A stretch of DNA of 64,000 bases, from assembly GCA_002269645.1 (NCBI GenBank), contig NIVC01000850.1:62001-126000 (forward strand), given 5' to 3'. Position 1 is the first letter of the stretch. Each line of letters opens with the position of its first letter. The notes beneath the pieces are model-generated. The model was given only the letters and a program-made list of their open reading frames with translations, was not told the origin of the DNA and did not search any database. Made by a program: the position numbers and the translations under genes. Positions 1 through 11,600 of this stretch are shown piece after piece. This DNA comes from Macrostomum lignano (taxonomy: Eukaryota).

Positions 1-759
1 CTACGAATCGAACTCTAAGTAAGTCTGACTGTATCATAACAAATAATAAAATGACCAACAATCAAAAGCATTAACTAAGGACAGAGTAATCCTGAGTTTT
101 ATTGGATGCCAAATAATAACAGAAAACACAACACGCCATGGTCCATGCATAAGCAAGTAAGCGGTCTGAGAATCTAGGAGAGAATAGTGTTGCAGGGTAG
201 CATAAATAGGCCACTTAAATACTGCGGCTGCAATTGATTATTAGTGCAACTTGTACTTATCGAATATAGCTACAGAGATGTGCAGGAGCGATGCTAAGTG
301 ACTAGATAGAAGATAGACAGATTATTATAAGCAGAAGATATAAATAAATTAACATTCCGAGACATTACAATATATAGCTAATGATTTAGGAATAAGCGGT
401 GCATTAGTAAGCTTACTAACCAACACTAACAGATTAATGAATATAAAGTGTTGTTTAAAATTCATTTTAGTTCACAATCTATTTACAAAAATTAACATTG
501 ACTTTTTGGGATCTGGGATTTGGGATTAATGTTTATTGATTTAACAATGGCATGTTGATATGCGCTTGAGTAATAAGTACTTAAGTACTAAAACTTGTTT
601 TAACTGTCTTTGTAATTTGACCCAAATTGTAACTTACAGAAACCATCTGTAATGTAAGAGGCCCTTTAAATGTACTTAAAATTCTCTAAATAAGACATGC
701 AATTATTTTTTGGATATTTCGTTTCTGTAATATGCAGGATTTGTTTGTAATATTAGACC

Positions 760-918
760 CCGTCTGTAATGTACAAGAGTTGTCTGATATATACAAGACC
801 TGTCTGTAATGTACAAGACTTGTCTGTAATGTACAAGACTTGTCTGTAATGTACAAGACCTGTCTGTAATGTACAAGACTTGTCTGTAATGTACAAGACC
901 TGGCTGCAATGTACAACA
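760..918. repeat. 20-bp tandem repeat (TGTCTGTAATGTACAAGACT), ~7 copies
   Basis: Direct reading. Confidence 0.9.
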
Positions 919-1211
919 GGCTTCATAAATTACCCTGTAGCTAAACTCTGAGAAGACAGTGTAGCATTATTATATATGGTGATGGTTAACAGTCAAAAAC
1001 ACGCCTATTACTGAATATGTTGTCAATAAACAATTGACATAATAATGAAATAAGCACAGATTAAAAATGGAAAGTCTACAAGAAAAACAAAAGAACAACA
1101 AATTATAATATCTCAGCTTCAAAAAGTTTAGAATATTATTAAGCAATTAGCAATTGCCATTTTATTATTAATCTCAATTGCGTCTCAATTGCAAACGTAT
1201 CAGGGATTCAA

Positions 1212-3344
1212 TTAGCCCGAATATTTCATGCGTTTCATTGGCACCGGGTGCTGAACCTGCTGCTGCTGCTGACGGCCACCCTGATAGTCGGGCTCCGCAT
1301 CCTGATCAGTCTCCGGGCTGGTTGGAGGACTTGGCGGCAAGTCGTCCTGGTTCACCAGCTGATTGGCCGAGGCAACCGCCTGCTCCAAGTCTGCGAACGT
1401 TTATTTGAAAACAATAAAAACTATAGAAAACAATAGTTGCAAAGGGCGCTAAAGAATCGTTGCTAGGGTCACAAAAAATGGTTGTCAAGGACGCTAGAAA
1501 TGGTTACTAGGGCCACAAAAATGGTTGTCAAGGACGCTAGAAATAGTTACTAGGGTCACAAAATGGTTGTCAAGGACGCTAGAAATAGTTACTAGGGTCA
1601 CAAAATGGTTGTCAAGGACGCTAGAAATAGTTACTAGGGTCACAAAATGGTTGTCAAGGACGCTAGAAATAGTTACTAGGTCACAAAATGGTTGTCAAGG
1701 ACGCTAGAAATAGTTACTAATGTCAGAGAATGGTTGTCAAGGACGCTATAAATGGTTACTAGGGTCACAATGTGGTTGTCAAGGACGCTAGAAATAGTTA
1801 CTAGGGTTACAAAAATGGTTTTTAGGGACGCTAGAAATGGTTACTGGGGTCGCAAAAATGGTTTTGGATGTCAGGGGTACTAAATCGTTGCCAATGTCAC
1901 TAAAAATTATTGTTAGGGTTACTAAGACTGGTTGCCAAGAACGTTAAAATGGTTGTCAGAAACGTCAACTTGGTTGCCATGCACAATCAAATGATTGCCT
2001 AGGAGTACGAGTATATAGCTATTAATGGTGCATAAAATAGATACTAATAACTAGAATATTTAATCAATCAATTTTGCGTACCTTCTAGTTCATTACTAAG
2101 CACCTCGTTCTCGCGATCAATTCTAGCCAGATCGTCGCTCTGGTTGCGGGTGATGCTTTGCAGCTCCTTGATGTAGTCAACCTGCGAATCAAGCAACATA
2201 TACGCGTTTTAGTTTTCAACTAAAACAGGTACAAAAAATAGAAATGTATAGTTTTTGTCTGAACCCAAAACATACAAAATCTTATAAATCTAAAAGTGGT
2301 TGCCAGGGTCCCAAAGAAGTTGTTAGGGACGCTGAAAGGAAGCGAAGCTTTCTAAGGACACCAAGTAGCCCTTTTTAGTTGCTAGGGTAGCTAAGTGTTT
2401 GCTAGGGACGCCAAATGGTTGTTAGTGTAGCTAAGTGGTTGCTGGGGTAGCTAAGTGATTGCTGGGGACGCCAAATGGTTGCTAGGGTAGCTAAGTGGTT
2501 GCTAGGGTAGCTAAGTGGTTGCTGGGGTAGCTAAGTGGTTGCTGGGGTAGCTAAGTGGTTGCTAGGAACGCCAAATGGCTGTTGTTACGGTAGCTACCTG
2601 GTCGCCATGGACGCCAAATGGTTGTTAGAAAAGCTAAGTGGTTGCTAGGGTAGCTATAAAGTGATTGTTAGAGTGGCTAATTGGTTGCTAGGATAGCTAT
2701 AAAGTGGTTGATAGGGTAGCTAACTGGTTGCTAGGAGCCTAATGGTTGCTAGGGACGCCAATGGTTGCTAGGGACGCCAAACGGTTGCTAGGGTAGTACG
2801 TGGTTGCTAGGGACGCCAAATGGTTACTAAAGCTTCCCCACTAATTGCTGAGAAAGATACAATTTGTTGCTAATGACGCCAAATGGTTGCTAGGCAAACT
2901 AACCACTAACTAACATGCAGCCTCGGTGACACTGTTCCGCAGTCCCCAGTCACCCACCGCTCTCTGCAGTATCTGAGCCCTAGAAGCCTTGTCCCGACTG
3001 AGGCCTGGTCCGGTTTGAACTCCGCCGCAACCGTTGCTGCTGGCCGCTCCGCTGCCGCCGCCGCTGCCGCCGCCTCCGCCTCCGCTGCCGCCGCCAGCTC
3101 CGTTGCTGCCAGACGGCGAGGCTGGCAGCGCGTGCAGCAGCCGCTGATAAGAGGCCCGAAGGCTCTGCCTTCGCCGCTTCTCCAACCGATTATGATGGGT
3201 CCGCTTGGCGTCCTCGATTCGATCTCCGGTCAGCTGGGCGCCGGCGGGCACAACGGCCAGCTCGAGATTGTCCTCCAGCTCTTCGTCGTCCTCGCCATCC
3301 TCCTCGAAGTCGTCTATGTCCAGATCGTTCTCGTAATCTTGCAT
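1212..3344 (-). CDS. MAX: Max-like bHLH-leucine zipper transcription factor, 3 exons (2958-3344, 2082-2181, 1212-1390), ~221 aa
   Basis: Basic region KRTHHNRLEKRRRQSLRASYQRL and helix 2 DKASRAQILQRA spliced to VDYIKELQ...DDLARIDRENEVLSNELE match Max (KRAHHNALERKRR...EKASRAQILDKATEYI). GT-AG junctions are in phase (0, 1). C-terminal basic patch PMKRMKY; AATAAA at 1161-1166 on the minus strand. Confidence 0.9.
1465..1860. repeat. 42-bp minisatellite in Max intron 2
   Basis: Unit AAGGACGCTAGAAATAGTTACTAGGGTCACAAAATGGTTGTC, ~9 copies. Confidence 0.92.
2290..2900. repeat. Degenerate ~20-bp repeat in Max intron 1
   Basis: Units GTGGTTGCTAGGGTAGCTAA and TGGTTGCTAGGGACGCCAAA. Confidence 0.85.
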
Positions 3345-3409
3345 GTTGATTTGGTGCTGCTACTGCATGAAGGTTTTATTGACAAAATATTGTTGAAAAT
3401 GTTGTTTCT

Positions 3410-3600
3410 TAAGTAGTTGGCAGATTCTAAAGTAGTTGGCAGATTCTTAAGTAGTTGTCAGATTCTAAAGTAGTTAGCAGATTCTAAAATAGTTGGCAGT
3501 TTCTAAGGTAGGTGGCAGATTCTATGGTAGGTGGCAGTTTCTTACTAGCTGCATGGTAGATTTTAAGGTAGGTAGAAGTTTCTTATGTAGCAGATTCTAG
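3410..3600. repeat. 19-bp tandem repeat upstream of Max
   Basis: Unit AAGTAGTTGGCAGATTCTA. Confidence 0.85.
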
Positions 3601-4544
3601 TGATAGCAGATAATTAAAAAATCACTATATGCTACTTAGATAATAAGTAGTATAAACCCTAAGATAAACTGTCTACATGAAACTATGATTTTGTAGAGAA
3701 AAAAAAGACACCGACAAAAACTTGTTAAAACAAAGGTAGAAGTCCAATATTAGTAAATTTGGAGAAAAATTTGACACAGAACTTAAAACCTAATGATTTT
3801 ATGAACAGCTATAATATGAATATATTTTAATAAAAGAACGCTTTAAATCTAACAGTTGTGCTGATTTTGCACTAAAATACTGGCAATACACAATATTGCG
3901 TTTTATAAACACTTAAAGAGCTACATAGTAGCATAAACCAGATTTGAATTCAGAAAAAAAACATTTAAGAAAAGAACTGATCGGGGTGGGGTAAAAGAGA
4001 TACGACAAAATGAAAAATGAAAAATTAATTCAAATATATTTACACATAAATATATACACTTAATTATATATATTACTAAAAGTAGAGGAACTATCAACTG
4101 AATTGAAAATTTGAAATTTAAATAATCATAACACGGATAAACAAACAAAAACAGTTGACAAATAAACGCGATAAATTGAAAAATACTAAGAAAAATAAAA
4201 AATTAAAAGCAAAAAAACAAAATATTAGAATAGCATAAATCGGTGCACAGATAAAGCCGATATATTAAAGAGCTAGCAAGCTGTCAAAGGACAAAGATAC
4301 GGAAAAAATAGGGACACTATTTGCAGAATTTAAATTAAAATAAGTTAAGCAAAAAAGCACCCAAAAATAAAAAAATGAATGATAATAATGATAATGAATG
4401 AATGAGGTCTGTGATAATTCTCTAGCCAGTGATCAGTGATGCAATTAATAAGAGAAAAGAATACTTAAAACACTAGTGATTGCAAATTGATTATTCGATC
4501 TGTTTGCATGAAAATTCTTTCATGCTTGTGTAATAATTATAACA

Positions 4545-5995
4545 GGGACCTGTGAGGGCTGACTGGGTTAGAGAGTGTACATTGAGGGGTCTGTGAGGGT
4601 TGACTGGGTTAGAGAGTGTACATTGAGGGGCCTGTGAGGGCTGACTGGGTTAGAGAGTGTACATTGAGGGGTCTGAGAGGGTTGACTAAATTAGAGAGTG
4701 TACATAGAGGGGTCTGTGAGGGTTGACTGGGTTAGAGAGTGTACATTGAGGGGCCTGTGAGGGCTGACTGGGTTAGAGAGTGTACATTGAGGGATCTGCT
4801 GAGAGGATAGACTGGGTTAGAGAGTGTACATTGAGGGGTCTGTGAGGGTTGACTGGGTTAGAGAGAGTACATTGAGGGGTCTGTGAGGGCTGACTGGGTT
4901 AGAGAGTGTACATTGAGGGATCTGCTGAGAGGATAGACTGGGTTAGAGAGAGTACATTGAGGGGTCTGTGAGGGCTGACTGGGTTAGAGAGTGTACATTG
5001 AGGGGTCTGAGGGTTGACTGGGTTAGAGAGTGTACATTGAGGGGTCTGAGGGTTGACTGGGTTAGAGAGTGTACATTGAGGGGTCTGTGAGGGCTGACTG
5101 GGTTAGAGAGTGTACATTGAGGGGTCTGAGAGGGCTGACTGGGTTAGAGAGTGTACATTGAGGGGTCTGTGAGGGCTGACTGGGTTAGAGAGTGTACATT
5201 GAGGGATCTGCTGAGAGGGTTGACTGGGTTAGAGAGTGTACATTGAGGGGTCTGAGAGGGTTGACTGGATTAGAGAGTGTACATTGAGGGGTCTGAGAGG
5301 GTTGACTGGATTAGAGAGTGTACATTGAGGGGTCTGAGAGGGTTGACTGGATTAGAGAGTGTACATTGAGGGGTCTGTGAGGGCTGACTGGGTTAGAGAG
5401 TGTACATTGAGGGGTCTGTGAGGGCTGACTGGGTTAGAGAGTGTACATTGAGGGGTCTGTGAGGGCTGACTGGGTTAGAGAGTGTACATTGAGGGGTCTG
5501 TGAGGGCTGACTGGGTTAGAGAGAGTACATTGAGGGGTCTGAGAGGGTCGACTGGGTTAGAGAGTGTACATTGAGGGATCTGCTGAGAGGATTGACTGGG
5601 TTAGAGAGAGTACATTGAGGGGTCTGAGAGGGTTGACTGGGTTAGAGAGTGTACATTGAGGGGTCTGAGAGGGTTGACTAAATTAGAGAGTGTACATTGA
5701 GGGGTCTGAGGGTTGACTGGGTTAGAGAGTGTACATTGAGGGGTCTGTGAGGGCTGACTGGGTTAGAGAGTGTACATTGAGGGGTCTGAGAGGGTTGACT
5801 AAATTAGAGAGTGTACATTGAGGGGTCTGAGGGTTGACTGGGTTAGAGAGTGTACATTGAGGGGTCTGTGAGGGCTGACTGGGTTAGAGAGTGTACATTG
5901 AGGGATCTGCTGAGAGGATTGACTGGGTTAGAGAGTGTACATTGAGGGGTCTGAGAGGGTTGACTGGGTTAGAGAGAGTACATTGGGGGTTTGAG
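4545..5995. repeat. ~41-bp minisatellite, ~35 copies
   Basis: Unit GAGGGCTGACTGGGTTAGAGAGTGTACATTGAGGGGTCTGT. Confidence 0.95.
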
Positions 5996-6376
5996 AGATC
6001 TCACCTCAGTTAATTTATTTTTTCAAGAGAAAACGGTTTGAGAAAGTCCATCCGAGAGAACAATTTCAAAGGGCACCATCGCTATTGAAGGGGCGCCATA
6101 GATATTCAAGGGGCGCCATCGCTCTCCAGGGGGCGCCATAGATATTTTAGGGGCGCAATTCAAGTAGCGCCATTCCAGAGGCGTACATAATATACAAGAT
6201 GTCTGGATTTTTTAAAGTTAACATCAACAGATTAACACTTATTTACGATGTATCGTCAATAATTTTTTGCATTTTAACTTTAACGCTTTTACTCGCAGGG
6301 ATTGAATAGAGATTGCAATATAAAAATGACCTCAGCCGCATTTTACAAGGCTCAATGCAAATTATCTGTTTTATAA

Positions 6377-7246
6377 TCAACTAGATCCAGCACTACTAAT
6401 ACAATCTTGTCGAACTTTCTCTTCGAATAGTCGCAAAGCTCGTTCTCTGCCAGCCAAGCAATTGCAGTGAATAATATACTCTCTAAGTTGAGAGATTTCC
6501 AACTGAGCTAGAGCGTCCGATTCGGCTGTGTGTAGGGGCTCCTCGGACCAATGACTGCCAGTCCAGTGCAGACTGCCCGAGTGCCGATGCCTTGGACTAG
6601 CCAGTTCCAATGGTGTCAAACGACGCAGTCGAACTAATGGTAGATTATTAGCATTGTCACTAGTGGATTCCGTGGTTGCCGTGACAACGGCTAAGCACCC
6701 GGTTAGAGGATTATCAACAGGCTCAATATCCGCCACATCGGCTATGCAGAAAGATTTACCCATTGGCGGCAAATTAACAAACTCTTCGATATCCTCTGCA
6801 TCGGATTCTGCGCTAGGATTTGGCACCACAAATTTGCGACAATCAACAAGATTCGAAACTAATTCCAATGGTTGACCAGTGACATGACAGGTATAATCCA
6901 GTAGTTGAACTCGAAGACTACTCTGTTGATCAATATTATTATCCTCGATAAGATTTTCAATTGCAACTAAGCGAGCTCTGGCATATCGGCCAGCCGATGG
7001 AGAAGTTTGCGGTGCTCTAACTACTAGTAAATCTCCGGTTGCTAGGCTGTCACTAGGCGACACGGGAGCTAGACTGGCTAAAGCGCCACCCAATAGGCGA
7101 GCTTCTGCGGCAGCAAAATTAGCAATGGCACGACTAGACTCAGTTGAGGCGAAGCCGCATACAGTTACGGAGGCTGGCAGAGTGGGCATAGCCAGCTCTG
7201 GCGGTGGCAGGCTATGCACTGAGGTCACGTGGATGTACCAGCGCAT
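6377..7246 (-). CDS. Intronless divergent extended-Tudor-domain-like protein, 289 aa
   Basis: Good gccATG context. Motif order IHVTSVHS...GRYARARLVAI...LRVQLLDY...EEFVNLPPMGKSFCIADV resembles the extended Tudor fold (V.VT.V.SP; WYRA.V; V.F.DYG; F..LP.QA..C.LA.V). Confidence 0.6.
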   Translation of the reverse strand: MRWYIHVTSVHSLPPPELAMPTLPASVTVCGFASTESSRAIANFAAAEARLLGGALASLAPVSPSDSLATGDLLVVRAPQTSPSAGRYARARLVAIENLIEDNNIDQQSSLRVQLLDYTCHVTGQPLELVSNLVDCRKFVVPNPSAESDAEDIEEFVNLPPMGKSFCIADVADIEPVDNPLTGCLAVVTATTESTSDNANNLPLVRLRRLTPLELASPRHRHSGSLHWTGSHWSEEPLHTAESDALAQLEISQLREYIIHCNCLAGRERALRLFEEKVRQDCISSAGSS

Positions 7247-7463
7247 GGCTTATTGTATTAGTGGCTTTGCTTAACTCCTTATAGTATGTTCTTTGGGGTT
7301 ACCTTAAAAATAATAACAATAGTAGGATGTTTAGGTGATTTAAAAGAAACTTGTCTCAGTTTTGCTTTGGTCTATTTATACCATTAACACCCTTAAGGGC
7401 CAACCCCCCAAGGCACAGTTGAAGTGTACATGTTTAATGATAAATAAAGTTATGGCTGCTGTA

Positions 7464-8680
7464 CACTCATACATGCGCAACATTGGGAATCACCCAGCCA
7501 TTTCTATTGGCAACACACACATCATACATGCGCAACCTTGGGAATCACCCAGCCATTTCTATTGGCAACACACACATCATACATGCGCAACCTTGGGAAT
7601 CACCCAGCCATTTCTATTGGCAACACACACATCATACATGCGCAACCTTGGGAATCACTCAGCCATTTCTATTGGCAACACACACATCATACATGCGCAA
7701 CCTTGGGAATCACCCAGCCATTTCTATTGGCAACACACACATCATACATGCGCAACCTTGGGAATCACCCAGCCATTTCTATTGGCAACACACACATCAT
7801 ACATGCGCAACCTTGGGAATCACCCAGCCATTTCTATTGGCAACACACACATCATACATGCGCAACCTTGGGAATCACTCAGCCATTTCTATTGGCAACA
7901 CACACATCATACATGCGCAACCTTGGGAATCACCCAGCCATTTCTATTGGCAACACACACATCATACATGCGCAACCTTGGGAATCACCCAGCCATTTCT
8001 ATTGGCAACACACACATCATACATGCGCAACCTTGGGAATCACTCAGCCATTTCTATTGGCAACACACACATCATACATGCGCAACATTAGGAATCACCC
8101 AGCCATTTCTATTGGCAACACGCACATCATACATGCGCAACCTTGGGAATCACCCAGCCATTTCTATTGGCAACACACACATCATACATGCGCAACCTTG
8201 GGAATCACTCAGCCATTTCTATTGGCAACACACACATCATACATGCGCAACCTTGGGAATCACTCAGCTATTTCTATTGGCAACACACACATCATACATG
8301 CGCAACATTGGGAATCACCCAGCCATTTCTATTGGCAACACGCACATCATACATGCGCAACCTTGGGAATCACCCAGCCATTTCTATTGGCAACACACAC
8401 ATCATACATGCGCAACCTTGGGAATCACTCAGCCGTTTCTATTGGCAACACACACATCATACATGCGCAACATTGGGAATCACCCAGCCATTTCTATTGG
8501 CAACACACACATCATACATGCGCAACCTTGGGAATCACCCAGCCATTTCTATTGGCAACACACACATCATACATGCGCAACCTTGGGAATCACCCAGCCA
8601 TTTCTATTGGCAACACACACATCATACATGCGCAACCTTGGGAATCACTCAGCCATTTCTATTGGCAACACACACATGTA
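7464..8680. repeat. 55-bp minisatellite, ~22 copies
   Basis: Unit CATACATGCGCAACCTTGGGAATCACCCAGCCATTTCTATTGGCAACACACACAT. Confidence 0.96.
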
Positions 8681-11600
8681 AGTCACTATTGGCTGAGAGT
8701 AGTCACGTGACTACTATTCTGTACAATACCAACTTACATGTGTGTGTTGCCAATAGAAATGGCCGGGTGAATTCCTAGGTTGTGCCCAAGCATGTGCACA
8801 CTCTTGCATAAGTGTGTGCCTGTATGTATGACTGCATACCTGTGCCTGCTCAGAAAGTTGGCAGAATGGGTAGTAATGCCTTTTGTTCATACAGACCCCT
8901 ACTTCTAAAAAATCATACCAAATACATAACTTTATTATTGGGCTAATTGGTTAAACTTGGCCTATTAAAATTGTCATTTTATTTTTTAACTTGATTGTTG
9001 GGAACAGATGGCAATATGGTTTCTTAAATAAAATTTCTCTAAAAAAACTATCTATGATATTCTATTTGTTGCAAGCAGGAGTCAATCAAAGCAGGATAGG
9101 ATCCTAGGCAGGATAATCTTGAATTTGGGAATTATAACAAAATTAATCTTAAAACTCTTAGACATTTATACCAAAAGTGCAAACAAGCACAAGTTAAAAT
9201 AATCAATATAATTAGGGGCCTAGTATATCAAATTTAACATAGAAATAGCAATTCCTAAGTAATAATTTATATAGCTCTAATAAAGAGGCTTTTCATATTA
9301 CCAATTCCAGAATCAGAATCAGTTTGGATTTTCCAAGAAAAACAGCAATAAAAGTATTAATTCTGTTAAATGTTTGATTGCCTTAACAGCCTCACTTTGC
9401 ACAATTTTTCACTTTCTTCTTGGCAATTATCATTCAATAATAAAAACTTTATAGCACATATCTCCCTCTAGTTATGGAGACAAAAAGTTATACTTCAAAA
9501 ATTGGTTCTGGTTCTGGAACCAGAACAAGCAATATGAAAAGGCCCAAAGTGTGTAATATTTGCTGAAAAAATATATGCTAAAATTCCATTTTAAAATTGG
9601 ATTGCTCTTTAGTAGAATTAGAAATTATATTTTTTAGGCTTTTTACTAAGTGGATAATTCCATGAGAAATGGACACTTTCAAAGAAATGGAAATCTCTAG
9701 ATTATAGTCTATTTATGATTCTTGCTGATTTTTAATTGCCAAAATAAAGGTTGTATTACATTTTTGTTTAAATTAATTAAAATTTGCTCAAAATCAATAC
9801 AAAACAATTACTTTTCCTATTGGTAATAATATTTTAATAATTATAAAACTATTTACATAGGCCCCAGAATGCAGCCAAGGTCAACTATTCAGGTTTTCAA
9901 TTGTCTGATTTTGATTTGTACCATATGTTATATATTTAGTAATTTGATTTAATCCTGAATATTTTTCTCATCTCTAGTTAAGAGTATACATTGAATGATC
10001 TAAGAGGATTGACTAGGTTAGAGAGTGTACATTGAAGGGTGCCCTATCTCCTGCCTTAGACTATGCCTGCATTGCCAAGGGCTAATCTACATTGGATATT
10101 ATCTATAATATTGGCCATTGATTGCAATAAGATAAAGGCCAATTCTATGTAAAATAAAATCTATAGAATTAAAAATAAATAGTATTCAACTTGAAAAATT
10201 ACTAAATTCAAGTCAATGGTCTAAATTCAAAATGCTACAAATTACAATTGAAGTTGATATATCATACCATAGCATGACAAAAAACACTATATATACTATT
10301 TAATATTATAATGATGACCATGCCTATCTCAAAAGCTTTTTAATATTGATCTATATTTGTAGCTAATAACCATGACAAACTTAGCTTATAGGTTATATTA
10401 ATTTACTTTATATGTTAAATATAAAAATGAGAATTAAGAAATCTTATACTCATAGGCCATAAGCCATATTAGAGCAAATGTATAGGTTTTGTCACATACT
10501 AGATGTATATCTCTAGTCTCTAGAAGACTAGAGAATGCTAAGAAAAGCATTTTAATGTATTTTATAAACCAAGGTTTATTTATTGGCTTTTATCTCCTAG
10601 CTTAAACCCTTGAACTATATCTTTCTATATTATCCTCTATCTCACCCAGTTTTTATTGCCTTTCTCAGAACTCTAGCTAAAAGCTGCCATGTACATTGTT
10701 AATGGACTGGCTAACATACAATATATTATTGCTAGCTAAGCAATTTGTTTATGCCTGCAAGCTTAGGCTTCTAAACTTATTGGCATTATTTTGTTAGACA
10801 ATCCCCAAGCAAGTCAAATTTTGTTTTACAATCCCCATTAAAAAGAGTCAAAAAGGCACTCTAGTATATCAAAAAATAATATTTCATATTTATTTTACAT
10901 TTTATTTACTTTTTGAAGTCCTTTCAAATCATCACTGCAAGGCATTGAAATGTAGCAGTAGCATAGAAAGTTATGGAGATGTAGCTTATATTCAATTGTG
11001 ATATAATCATTTAAATGGTAAAATTATATGTAGGTGATTGTAGGATGAAACCCAAAGTGCTTGTAGGTTCTGAATTATGGTTATATCAATAATAGAATAA
11101 ATAGTATTAGAGGGATTGTACCTCAAAATTGAATGGATTAGTATGGTCTTAAATTCATAGTTTGATTGTGATCATTCTATAAGTATAGAATCCCAATTGA
11201 TATCAAATAGTACATTTCTATAAAAAATCTGCAGGGTTGAGAAAAAATATTTGTTAAGATAAGCTTTTGGGCATTTTTTCGGTTTATAATCATTTTTCCA
11301 CCCACATTTTGGTTCACAATCCCCATGTAATTTTTCATATAAAGGATCATAGCTTGCTTGAAATAAACAAAAATTGTTAAACTGAGCTTATTCATCATTA
11401 CATTAGAAAAAACTGAACGGAATAGCCAACAAATGGTTTCTTTCATGGCATGGCGATGACGAGGATCCTATATATCCACTTCGACTGGGACTTGTTGGCA
11501 ATTGAAATGTCATCTTGAGTTAACATGCGCTCCCAAGTAACTTGATACTTTATTATTCTCTGCACGCTGCCACTCATACATGCGCAACAGTTGGCCGAGT

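Noticed and set aside
3015-3416. Ala-rich plus-strand ORF
   Set aside because: Antisense shadow of the GC-rich Max exon 1.
6070-6190. GGGGCGCCAT repeats as a transposon end
   Set aside because: No matching inverted terminus or TSD found in the window; insufficient support.
7362-8778. Long ORFs (up to 439 aa) from tandem repeats, likewise those at 19208-19997, 27861-28437, 33233-34000, 36343-37368, 37746-38485, 38741-39628, 44730-45640 and 47278-48582
   Set aside because: They are periodic translations of arrays, open in several frames at once, and mostly lie inside introns defined by splice sites.
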